DNA from: a virus
Lineage: Duplodnaviria; Caudoviricetes
DNA length: 51,339 nt
Strand: one strand, 5' to 3'
IMG/VR virus record: IMGVR_UViG_3300021197_000064
Span: 1-51,339 of that record
Shown in pieces: positions 18,428 to 25,932 of the stretch (positions are counted from its first letter, which is position 1; each line of letters starts with the position of its first letter). The notes under the pieces are model-generated. The model was not told the DNA's origin. It was given only the letters and a program-made list of their open reading frames with translations, and did no database searches. The translations under genes were made by a program, and so were the position numbers.

Positions 18428-18817
18428 TTACTTCTTCTTTTTTGCCATGCCGCCACGCATCATCTTCTTTTTCTTGGCCATTTTAGCCATGCCGCCGCCC
18501 ATCATTTTTTTCTTCATCATGCCGCCGCCACGCATTTTTTTCTTTTTAGCCATCTTAGCCATTCCGCCACCAGCCATTTTACGTTTCATCATACCACCTC
18601 CACGCATTTTTTTCTTAGCCATTTTAGCCATACCACCTTTTGCTGCTGTCATAGTAGACTTTTTCTTCTTAGGTGTAGCTTTTGCAAAATAGTCTTGCAT
18701 AATTTTTTTGATTTCGATATCGTCAAAACCATCAGATTTAAGACGTTTTTCTGCTTCTTTCATTTCCTTGCGGATACGCTTACCGACACTATCATCTGTA
18801 TCTTTATCACTAGCCAT
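18428..18817 (-). CDS. Lys/Met/Gly tandem-repeat basic protein
   Basis: C-terminal repeats of MAKMAKKK(K)MRGGGMM; AGGAG RBS; synonymous codon variation between repeats indicates selection at protein level. Confidence 0.8.
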   Translation of the reverse strand: MASDKDTDDSVGKRIRKEMKEAEKRLKSDGFDDIEIKKIMQDYFAKATPKKKKSTMTAAKGGMAKMAKKKMRGGGMMKRKMAGGGMAKMAKKKKMRGGGMMKKKMMGGGMAKMAKKKKMMRGGMAKKKK

Positions 18818-19334
18818 TTCTTAATCTCCTTCTTTCGATAACTAAGGCTTCGTAAACATCATCTGGAAAATGCTCATAGTAATTAGACTTTTCCAGATAC
18901 AAAGCTGCATCGTCTAGTTTAGAAAGTTTCTGAACAAAGACCATACAGTAGGACAGGCTGTCATCTGTAACCTCATTATCTACGAGGAAATCAAGCCCAG
19001 CTTCTGTTGCGTCATAGTCAGGATGAAACACCATTAAGTGCAAATCAATACCTGCTATTGACATCAACTCATTCATGCCATCACACAGACCATCAAGGTA
19101 TTCCATGTCTGGCAAATCTTCATCAGCCCATACTACAATATCGTAGTCGTGACCATCAAACTTACGGATAGCTTCTAGTAGTCCATCTATCCCTGTATTA
19201 AGACTGAACACTACCTTGTCATCAGCCCATGCTTTTCTAGCATAGGGGCAAGGTGGTAGACCATTTAATTTAGCACTAGGTACTTCTAAAAAGTCTTTTG
19301 ACCATGTGCGTATATCACGCTCTACTGGATGCAC
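18810..19334 (-). CDS. DUF1415-like protein
   Basis: LNGLPPCPYARKAW...MVFHPD motifs; probable GTG start at 19334. Confidence 0.6.
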   Translation of the reverse strand: MHPVERDIRTWSKDFLEVPSAKLNGLPPCPYARKAWADDKVVFSLNTGIDGLLEAIRKFDGHDYDIVVWADEDLPDMEYLDGLCDGMNELMSIAGIDLHLMVFHPDYDATEAGLDFLVDNEVTDDSLSYCMVFVQKLSKLDDAALYLEKSNYYEHFPDDVYEALVIERRRLRNG

Positions 19335-19623
19335 GTTTTTTGGTCTTTCGTTTTTGAGATTCAATAAACTTTCTATACACTGCAGCAGCGGCCTTTTTAC
19401 CAGCCGCCCTAGCACGTTGTTCCATAGCAATCGCCGCTTGTGTCTTATGAGCATGTGTACGACTTGCCGCCTTTATTTTACGCACAGATGCCTCTGCATC
19501 TTTAGCTGTAGCAAACTTCAACCCTTTAATAGTACCTTTAGGATTTTCATCCGTGTACAGGTCGCTATGCTTTTTTGACCCGGCGGGTTGTCCTTTTTTT
19601 CTTGGTACTCTGGGATTGGGCAT
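19315..19623 (-). CDS. Small basic protein
   Basis: HSDLYTDENPKGTIKGLKFAT...AMEQRA; ATG at 19623. Confidence 0.7.
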   Translation of the reverse strand: MPNPRVPRKKGQPAGSKKHSDLYTDENPKGTIKGLKFATAKDAEASVRKIKAASRTHAHKTQAAIAMEQRARAAGKKAAAAVYRKFIESQKRKTKKRASSRA

Positions 19624-19729
19624 TACTAACCACCTTTGACAAAATATTAGATTGTTTAGCATGGGCTTTAGAAGCCTTCTTTAGTTTACCTGCTACAGTT
19701 TTCAGTTTTTTTAAGTTTTGATTTCTCAT
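19565..19729 (-). CDS. Small basic protein (54 aa, not in ORF track)
   Basis: MRNQNLKKLKTVAGKLKKASKAHAKQSNILSK...; ATG abuts the upstream stop. Confidence 0.55.
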   Translation of the reverse strand: MRNQNLKKLKTVAGKLKKASKAHAKQSNILSKVVSNAQSQSTKKKRTTRRVKKA

Positions 19730-19966
19730 TTACTTTTTAACCATTCCACCTTTTTTCATAAAGCCCATGTTGTTACGTGCAGACTGTGGGAGCATACTTA
19801 GACCCTTTCCTTTTTTACCGGGAGGGATAGGTTTAAGATTGTTAGATGTGCCTGTTACCATGCCACCATTACGGAAGTCCATACTACCTTTGCGGGGCTT
19901 TTTACCTTTAGGCATTTTTGCCATACCAATACCGATTGTAATTACGGGTACTTTCTTTTTAGCCAT
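19730..19966 (-). CDS. Small basic protein with xxGG motifs
   Basis: FRNGGMV, FMKKGGMVKK; AGGAG RBS. Confidence 0.7.
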   Translation of the reverse strand: MAKKKVPVITIGIGMAKMPKGKKPRKGSMDFRNGGMVTGTSNNLKPIPPGKKGKGLSMLPQSARNNMGFMKKGGMVKK

Positions 19967-19975
19967 AATTAACTC

Positions 19976-21151
19976 CTACTTTTTCTTTTTGAAGACCATA
20001 GTCTTCGTTTTACCATTAACAGTTATATTCCTCAAGACTTCTGTCTTTTGATTATAACTACCCTGAAATACTCTACCTCTATCTCTCATTGAAGGGCTAA
20101 TACGCTTTGCCGTTACCTTACCACCACGTGGTCTACTCTGGTCAGCCGTTGGTCTTTTAGGTCTTCGTTTTGCAGCATCACTAGCTTGCTCTGGACCTTT
20201 ACGTGCTTCAGCATCTTTCTTCTTTTTAGCTGCATCACGTATTCTTTTTCTAGCTGCAGCTTCTTCTGCCGCTGCCTGTGCAGCAGTCCTGCCACCGGGT
20301 GATTTTCTACGTATACTTTGATCTGGCTTTGGTCTTACAGGACGTTTCTTAGTTGTGGCAGCCGCCGCCGTGCTTGCACTTTGTGTTTTTTTATCTGATT
20401 TTGTAGCCATACCTATTCCCGCAACACTAACACCTGCTGCTAACAAAGCTGCTTTAGTAATATCGCCTGACCTAAAAGCACGTAGCTGTGCAGGAGTAGG
20501 TTGCTTTAGTTTACTAGGAGTACCAACTGTCGTTGACTTACCTTTTTTAGTTTTTCTATCTCCCCGTAACGGTTTTCTTTCTGCTTTAATAGGAGTGCGT
20601 TGCGCCCGTACATTAGACTTAGTAGTGCTAGTGCCAGCCCCTTGTGCTTTAGGTGCTGGGGGTGTAGGTTTTTTAGCTGCTACTCCACTTGGTTTTATTT
20701 TAGTCTGTGTTTTTATGGAGGGTGTCTCTGATTTAACAGACTTGCGTTCTGCTTGTACATTAGAACGTAATGCACGTTTTTGGTCAGGGGTAGGCTGTTT
20801 TGTTTCTTTTAATTTTTTAGGAGTAATCTTACTCTCTGCCTTAATGGGTTTGCGTTCTGCTCTAACCTTGCGTCTTTGCTGACGAACACGAGAGGCTTTT
20901 GTTCCAGCAGCACTAAGAGTCTTTTGTACTTTAGCTGCTTTAGCAGGAGCAGCAGCACGTCTAGCTTGAAGAAGTGTTCTAGCAGCTTTTGTACCTGCTC
21001 TTACTGCCTTGATAGCAGCACCTCCCGGTACTCCTAAAAGAAGAAGTTCAGCTAGTATTGTTGCTCCTCTAGCATCAGCTTTATCAAAAACATCTTTACT
21101 TACACCTGCATCTTTAGCAATCTGAGTTTTCATCTCATCCGATAAAGCCAT
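19976..21151 (-). CDS. Histone H1-like K/A/R/P-rich protein
   Basis: 391 aa low-complexity basic protein with internal duplications (AERKPIK-like three times, KQPTP twice, KRP.RP..DQS twice); AGGAG RBS. Confidence 0.7.
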   Translation of the reverse strand: MALSDEMKTQIAKDAGVSKDVFDKADARGATILAELLLLGVPGGAAIKAVRAGTKAARTLLQARRAAAPAKAAKVQKTLSAAGTKASRVRQQRRKVRAERKPIKAESKITPKKLKETKQPTPDQKRALRSNVQAERKSVKSETPSIKTQTKIKPSGVAAKKPTPPAPKAQGAGTSTTKSNVRAQRTPIKAERKPLRGDRKTKKGKSTTVGTPSKLKQPTPAQLRAFRSGDITKAALLAAGVSVAGIGMATKSDKKTQSASTAAAATTKKRPVRPKPDQSIRRKSPGGRTAAQAAAEEAAARKRIRDAAKKKKDAEARKGPEQASDAAKRRPKRPTADQSRPRGGKVTAKRISPSMRDRGRVFQGSYNQKTEVLRNITVNGKTKTMVFKKKK

Positions 21152-21163
21152 CAGTATCTCCTG

Positions 21164-21457
21164 TTACCATTTAACTTTGTGCGACCAGTATTTCGCTGAC
21201 AGCTTTGTGGTCGGCTTGCCCTGTGCATCGTGACGTGCGTAGTAGGACTTCTTACGTGCTTTGTCTTTAGCACTCTTCGGGTTCTTACCAGCCCCGGATA
21301 CGCCTTGCTGTCCAAAACGTATGAACTTATACTTACCACCTTCAGACGCCATCACTGCGTGTGATTTCTTTGGGTGTTTAGGAGTACGCTTTGGCTTATT
21401 GACGCCAGACAGCCCCTCCTCCTTCATCTTATTTTTTACTCTTTCGGGTATGGCCAT
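21164..21457 (-). CDS. Small basic protein
   Basis: NKPKRTPKHPKKSHAV...IRFGQQG...SYYARH...SAKYWSHKVKW. Confidence 0.75.
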   Translation of the reverse strand: MAIPERVKNKMKEEGLSGVNKPKRTPKHPKKSHAVMASEGGKYKFIRFGQQGVSGAGKNPKSAKDKARKKSYYARHDAQGKPTTKLSAKYWSHKVKW

Positions 21458-21663
21458 TATGTTGGAGTTCCCGGTGATGTACACTTCCAGCTTACAGGTA
21501 CGTGTAGTGGAATGTTCTCAATAATATCTGCACTCATTTCTACAGTACGCTCATAGCACTCGTCATGCGTCTTATACGGACCACGAGTATCTTGTGCAGG
21601 AAAACACGCACCTGTCTGGTACATAACACAGACCATTATCCATGCTTCAAACATATCATTCAT
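21457..21663 (-). CDS. Small Cys-containing hypothetical protein
   Basis: 68 aa, CFPAQDTRGPY...EC...KC; coupled to neighbours. Confidence 0.55.
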   Translation of the reverse strand: MNDMFEAWIMVCVMYQTGACFPAQDTRGPYKTHDECYERTVEMSADIIENIPLHVPVSWKCTSPGTPT

Positions 21664-21868
21664 TCCCTTCTGTCCATCCCTCTGCCCTCATAGCGTCTTC
21701 AACATGCTTCAGAGTAAAGGAACGACCATAGTGTGCCTCTACCGCCTGACGCACGTAGAAAACATCACTATGGGGTATGTGGAGTTTGTCTAATGAGTTA
21801 GTACGGATAGCATGATAGAATGCATCAAGTACATTGTCTGTGTATAGTTTTACGGATTTCTTCGCCAT
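21656..21868 (-). CDS. Hypothetical protein, first gene of the late arm
   Basis: LHIPHSDVFYVRQAVEAHYG...; start uncertain. Confidence 0.55.
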   Translation of the reverse strand: MAKKSVKLYTDNVLDAFYHAIRTNSLDKLHIPHSDVFYVRQAVEAHYGRSFTLKHVEDAMRAEGWTEGNE

Positions 21869-22051
21869 TGTCAAGCCTTTTTTAATATAACACGTATTTT
21901 TTACGTATTATACCATATAAGTGTTATCACTTGCAAGTGACTTTAACAAGAATATTTAACTAACAGTAAAGATGCACCGTTAAAAGTTATTATAGTTAAG
22001 TAAATAGAACAGTCTAACTGTACACCTTTAGTGTGCATTAGTTATAGCGTG

Positions 22052-22080
22052 GTTATATCAGATTTCGGCAAACCTGTCAA
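22052..22080 (-). promoter_or_regulatory. Sigma70-type promoter for the late arm
   Basis: TTGACA-N17-TATAAC with TG extended -10. Confidence 0.65.
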
Positions 22081-22507
22081 GAGCAGAAATATCACAATCA
22101 CAAAAATACCTTAATGTTGCACAATAATTAGGCACATTGCACAATGCTTGTGCATGTATGTGTATCAGTATCCACCGTGGTTAACAGTCAATTTTACTGA
22201 TCTGTGTGTTTCTGTGTATATACGTACGCTATACCCCCGGGTGGCCCCTGCCCGTACCCGGCTATGTGTCTGCATATACAGGCATTATGCCTCTGTAGCC
22301 ACGCAGGATTGCAATCATGTGTCCGTAAGCGTATGAAGATGCTGCATTTTCCCTGTGATTACAACGGATTGATAGGCATTAGCGACTGTTATGGTATCAG
22401 TCGTCATCTATGATGGTAGGCAAAACATGAGATTTGACAGAATGGCATCGGATCAGCGAGGCGGAGCATACTACCCCTACCCTATGGGGTGGCTGGCAAA
22501 TCGAAGT

Positions 22508-22521
22508 GTCCGACATCGGTC
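22508..22521. repeat. Palindrome copy 1 (one mismatch, flanks inverted)
   Basis: AAGT-GTCCGACATCGGTC-AGTT. Confidence 0.75.
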
Positions 22522-22675
22522 AGTTCCCCTCTCGTATACACGGGGAAAACTTCACGCCTGTTTCCCCACGCATAATGCGCAGGAGAAATCACGCACGGTT
22601 TTAGGTTGACCTTTTTGGGCGGTTCGATTTACAAAGTAAGCAATCGGCAACGAGCCGTTCACAACCTCATCGGAG

Positions 22676-23212
22676 ATGAAAATGCAAAATCAAAACGCTA
22701 ACGAAGTTACTGTCAAACTCAACACAGCTTTCGACACTCTCAACACACTTGAAGCACAAGGTGCTTGGCTTGGCAAAAAGTTCAAGGCTATCACGAACTC
22801 TGACCGCAAAGCAATCACGGAGTTTGACCTGCCACTTGGCAAATTGCTGATGACCTTGAGAACCGAAGGTGGCAAGCAAATCAAGAAAGCCAGATTGCTG
22901 GATTGTGGCATTGCAAACATTGATCGCCGCCGCCGCAATGAGAGTGAGCAGTTAGCCCGTAACTGGGAGAATCCAGTCATGCAAGAACTGGTCGAGTCGA
23001 AGCGGTTTTCTAGTGCATCAGCTTTGTGCAAAGAGTTTAAGAAACTCACTGATGCCGACAAAGAGCCTGTCGTTAAGACAGCTTCTGATCTTGTCGAAAA
23101 GCTGTTCAAGGATATGATCGCATTCGATATCTCAGATGCTGAGATTCAGGCCGCACTCATTGCAAAGCTGGGTGAGGCAAAGACAGAAAACACACAACAA
23201 GAGGCAGCGTAA
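22676..23212 (+). CDS. First early gene, possible DNA-binding protein
   Basis: 178 aa; LPLGKLL...DRRRRNE..QLARNW loosely resembles DUF3102-type helical proteins; followed by a palindrome and a terminator. Confidence 0.7.
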   Translation: MKMQNQNANEVTVKLNTAFDTLNTLEAQGAWLGKKFKAITNSDRKAITEFDLPLGKLLMTLRTEGGKQIKKARLLDCGIANIDRRRRNESEQLARNWENPVMQELVESKRFSSASALCKEFKKLTDADKEPVVKTASDLVEKLFKDMIAFDISDAEIQAALIAKLGEAKTENTQQEAA

Positions 23213-23226
23213 GCTGTCTCTTAACT

Positions 23227-23240
23227 GTCCGACATCGGAC
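23227..23240. repeat. Palindrome copy 2
   Basis: AACT-GTCCGACATCGGAC-ACTT. Confidence 0.95.
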
Positions 23241-23244
23241 ACTT

Positions 23245-23273
23245 TGGGTCACCATCACGGTGGCCCATTTTTT
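23245..23273 (+). terminator. Rho-independent terminator
   Basis: TGGGTCACC-ATCAC-GGTGGCCCA-TTTTTT. Confidence 0.8.
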
Positions 23274-23289
23274 ATTGGAGAAAATCGAC

Positions 23290-23529
23290 ATGACAAAACG
23301 CAATCCACAATGCACTACACTCATCCGCAATTTCAATGCGAGGGGTGTGGTGTCTAGCTGGGCAGCTATGGACACAAAGGCATACAGCCATAGCTATGAG
23401 CCTGAGACACGTCCTGAGTTCCAGTGCTTTGTCGGCGGACAAGCAAAGGCTATGGCGGACGAGTACCAGCGCAAAGTCGATGCCGCCGGATGGCAGGACG
23501 TTATCAACCTGCTTGGCAAAAACACTTAG
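23290..23529 (+). CDS. Early hypothetical protein
   Basis: GGAG RBS; ATG 23290 (MTKRNPQC...). Confidence 0.65.
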   Translation: MTKRNPQCTTLIRNFNARGVVSSWAAMDTKAYSHSYEPETRPEFQCFVGGQAKAMADEYQRKVDAAGWQDVINLLGKNT

Positions 23530-23591
23530 TAGTTCTTACGTGATAAGCACACTTGAACTTTAGTGAAAGTGTGTTATCACTTAGAACTACT
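23528..23591. repeat. Long imperfect hairpin, copy A
   Basis: AGTAGTTCT/AGAACTACT, GTGATAA/TTATCAC and CACACTT/AAGTGTG around GAACTTTAGTGA. Confidence 0.9.
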
Positions 23592-23597
23592 TAAACC

Positions 23598-23611
23598 GTC
23601 CGACATCGGAC
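23598..23611. repeat. Palindrome copy 3
   Basis: AAACC-GTCCGACATCGGAC-ACTT. Confidence 0.95.
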
Positions 23612-23630
23612 ACTTCAAACGGAGTTCGTT

Positions 23631-23873
23631 ATGATTACAAACAAGCGTGATTTTCTTCGTGACAGCGATTGGCAATGGCTCAAGCTGTCTGGTAAAACTC
23701 GCCACGGCAAGAACCGTATTGCCCAGCATGGCATACATTGGCTTGTAAAAGCTGATGGCGTGTTCAATGGCGAACCTGCATGGCTTGTGTCATCTATGCA
23801 CAAGACTGACCGTGGTGGTTTTGATGGTCGCTGGATTCTGAAACAGAATGACCCTAACTTTAACGTCAATTAA
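23631..23873 (+). CDS. Early hypothetical protein
   Basis: GGAG RBS; LSGKTRHGKNRIAQHG..W...DGRWI...NDPNF. Confidence 0.7.
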   Translation: MITNKRDFLRDSDWQWLKLSGKTRHGKNRIAQHGIHWLVKADGVFNGEPAWLVSSMHKTDRGGFDGRWILKQNDPNFNVN

Positions 23874-23876
23874 ACC

Positions 23877-23890
23877 GTCCGACATCGGAC
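23877..23890. repeat. Palindrome copy 4
   Basis: AAACC-GTCCGACATCGGAC-ACTT. Confidence 0.95.
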
Positions 23891-23909
23891 ACTTTCAATG
23901 GAGTTAAAC

Positions 23910-24317
23910 ATGACACAGCAAGAATTTGACCTTATCCGTGACCTTCACAAAGAGGCACGTGGTCGCCGTCCGTCCTACGATTGGGATGTATGGTTCGACA
24001 GCCTGTCGCTTACCGATAAGCAAGGCGTCTGGAATGGCTTGGTTGACGAGTCACAGGACCGTGACAACGAGGAGGCTCGTGCGGAGCAACGGTGTTGCCG
24101 CCAGTTCCGTGATGCCATCCGTGCCACAATGAGGGCTGGTGCGCCGTCTGTAGACGATGCACTGTCATGGCTCTATGGCTACCATGCCCACGGCGTTAAG
24201 CCATACAGTGTTCAGGACATTGAGCATTGGGTATGGGATTTAGGCATCCTATTCACTCCGCTTGGCAAAGCTGTTGTCGAGCGTCTTGACGCTATCACAG
24301 ATTACAAGGAGTGGTAA
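23910..24317 (+). CDS. Early hypothetical protein
   Basis: GGAG RBS before ATG 23910; DLHKEARGRRP motif. Confidence 0.7.
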   Translation: MTQQEFDLIRDLHKEARGRRPSYDWDVWFDSLSLTDKQGVWNGLVDESQDRDNEEARAEQRCCRQFRDAIRATMRAGAPSVDDALSWLYGYHAHGVKPYSVQDIEHWVWDLGILFTPLGKAVVERLDAITDYKEW

Positions 24318-24488
24318 ATGTGTACTACGCTTGACATAATCATAGGCATGGTGCTACTGTTTTTTGGTAGCATTGCCTTGATATTTTCTGTCCTTGACGG
24401 ACATTTCTGGGCAGCACTTGGTGGCACGGCGTGTGCTATCGGCGGCTGTAAACACATGATGGATGCAATCCACGGGAGAAGCAGATGA
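24318..24488 (+). CDS. Small membrane protein (56 aa, not in ORF track)
   Basis: MCTTLDIIIGMVLLFFGSIALIFSVL...; AGGAG RBS; ATGA overlap with the next gene. Confidence 0.6.
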   Translation: MCTTLDIIIGMVLLFFGSIALIFSVLDGHFWAALGGTACAIGGCKHMMDAIHGRSR

Positions 24489-25186
24489 CTTATTCGATTA
24501 TCGGTGTTGGCAATAATGCAAAGACAATCAAAGGTGATGGCTCTGAATACATAACAGCCATCCGTTACCTCAAGCCATTTAAGACCGTGTTCAAAGGCAA
24601 GGTACACAACCTGTGTGCTATGGCGGAGAAAGCACAGTGCCATGTCGGCTGTCTGTTTACGGCAGGACGTGGGCAAATGTCTAGCGTACAGCGTGGCAGA
24701 GAACGCAAGACAATGCTTTTGCTGTCGGACCCTGTGGCATTCTATGATGCCTTGTATAAGGACATTGAGACATTCCAAAGGCGTTGTCTCAAAAACATGA
24801 TAACACCTTGCATACGACTAGGCGGTACGGATGACAAGGGGGATGGCATACGCATTGCCAAGCTGTTCCCCTTGTCACAGTTTTATGACTACACAAAGGT
24901 AGTCAAACGTGCCTATCAGGATTTGCCTGACAACTACCATATCACGCTGTCTTACAGCGAGGCTGACATGGACTATGCCGACAAGGTATATCAGGCAGTG
25001 CTTGACACTGGCGTAAACATGGCTGTGGTGTTTCGTGACAAGCTACCTGCTACGTTCCGTGGCTTGCGTGTCATTGACGGTGACAAAGATGACTTGCGCT
25101 TTCTTGATCCCAAAGGTGTAGTCGTTGGCCTCAAAGCCAAAGGCAAGGCAAAGCGTGATGACACTGGATTTGTCATTGACAACTAG
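24485..25186 (+). CDS. GP88-like protein (Cys cluster, possible Fe-S enzyme)
   Basis: NAKTIK, C-x7-C-x3-CL..AGRG, IRL.GTDD, QFYDYTK, NYHITLSYSE, IDGDKDDLRFLDP. Confidence 0.65.
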   Translation: MTYSIIGVGNNAKTIKGDGSEYITAIRYLKPFKTVFKGKVHNLCAMAEKAQCHVGCLFTAGRGQMSSVQRGRERKTMLLLSDPVAFYDALYKDIETFQRRCLKNMITPCIRLGGTDDKGDGIRIAKLFPLSQFYDYTKVVKRAYQDLPDNYHITLSYSEADMDYADKVYQAVLDTGVNMAVVFRDKLPATFRGLRVIDGDKDDLRFLDPKGVVVGLKAKGKAKRDDTGFVIDN

Positions 25187-25197
25187 CAACCCCTTAT

Positions 25198-25256
25198 GTA
25201 TACCTTATGTGATATACACTTGAACTTTAGTGAAAGTGTTTATCACTTAGGTATAC
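25198..25256. repeat. Long imperfect hairpin, copy B
   Basis: GTATACCT/AGGTATAC, GTGATA/TATCAC and ACACTT/AAGTGT around the identical GAACTTTAGTGA. Confidence 0.9.
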
Positions 25257-25263
25257 TAGAACT

Positions 25264-25277
25264 GTCCGACATCGGAC
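25264..25277. repeat. Palindrome copy 5
   Basis: AACT-GTCCGACATCGGAC-ACTT. Confidence 0.95.
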
Positions 25278-25293
25278 ACTTGGAGATTTGACA

Positions 25294-25449
25294 ATGCGTA
25301 CTAAGACAATCAACCCTGTAGCCAAGGCACTCCTACAGAGTAATCGCAGACGCCAACAAGTAGTGCCTGACAAAACAAAGTACAATCGTAAGAAGGACAA
25401 GCACGATGCAAATCAAGCTAGAAAACATGAAGAACCAAAAGACAACTAA
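25294..25449 (+). CDS. Small basic ArfA-like protein (51 aa, not in ORF track)
   Basis: GGAG RBS; MRTKTINPVAKALLQSNRRRQQVVPDKTKYNRKKDKH... Confidence 0.6.
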   Translation: MRTKTINPVAKALLQSNRRRQQVVPDKTKYNRKKDKHDANQARKHEEPKDN

Positions 25450-25558
25450 GCCAGAAGGCAAGCGTGACCATTGGCGTGAAGAAAAGAAACGCAAGCAAAA
25501 CATACGGCGTATGGCACGGCGTAACGTACAGCAAACACAGGAGCGTAACTATGGATAA
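25406..25558 (+). CDS. Small basic protein (50 aa, not in ORF track)
   Basis: AAGGA RBS; MQIKLENMKNQKTTKPEGKRDHWREEKKRKQNIRRMARR... Confidence 0.5.
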   Translation: MQIKLENMKNQKTTKPEGKRDHWREEKKRKQNIRRMARRNVQQTQERNYG

Positions 25559-25928
25559 GGTACGTGTATATTGGAATCTTCACAAGAAGTGCTGGTCCGT
25601 ACAAGACCGCAAGACAGGCAGAGTAATACGTCATGTGACAACCTGTGTCATATCGGATGCCAAATTCGTTGTCCGTAAGGCAGGACAGGCCAAGGTACGG
25701 CGTGAGGGCAAGAAGAATGTCCACGCCTTTGCTGTAGGCACTGTGATAGAGTACAGGTTTACACCTGACACTGCACGTTTATTCATGCAGAATACTTGCA
25801 GGGCTGTCACCTACAACCCCTATGTCAATGATACCTTTGTATACAGGGACATAGGACAACCCGTTACTGACGCTGACACTATCATTGTCGGCAAGTATGA
25901 AGGTAAGCCATACGTATGGGCTTACTAA
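25551..25928 (+). CDS. Early hypothetical phage protein
   Basis: AGGAG RBS before ATG 25551; VRVYWNLHKKCWSV...VRREGKKNVHAFA.G...VTYNPY. Confidence 0.75.
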   Translation: MDKVRVYWNLHKKCWSVQDRKTGRVIRHVTTCVISDAKFVVRKAGQAKVRREGKKNVHAFAVGTVIEYRFTPDTARLFMQNTCRAVTYNPYVNDTFVYRDIGQPVTDADTIIVGKYEGKPYVWAY

Positions 25929-25932
25929 AACC

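Larger units (their letters stand above)
21875..22675. other. Divergent non-coding region, probable genome termini/control region
   Basis: No convincing ORF; transcription diverges here; AT-rich to GC-richer switch near 22230; several palindromes. Confidence 0.6.

Noticed and set aside
22568-22595. ACGCATAATG resembling the XerC arm of a dif site
   Set aside because: No TTATGTTAAAT-like XerD arm at the required spacing.
22148-22609. Short plus-strand ORFs in the divergent region
   Set aside because: No RBS, atypical composition, mutually overlapping; the region looks regulatory or terminal.
22606-22635. Possible promoter TTGACC-N18-TACAAA before the first early gene
   Set aside because: Position is plausible but the -10 match and spacing are too weak to call.
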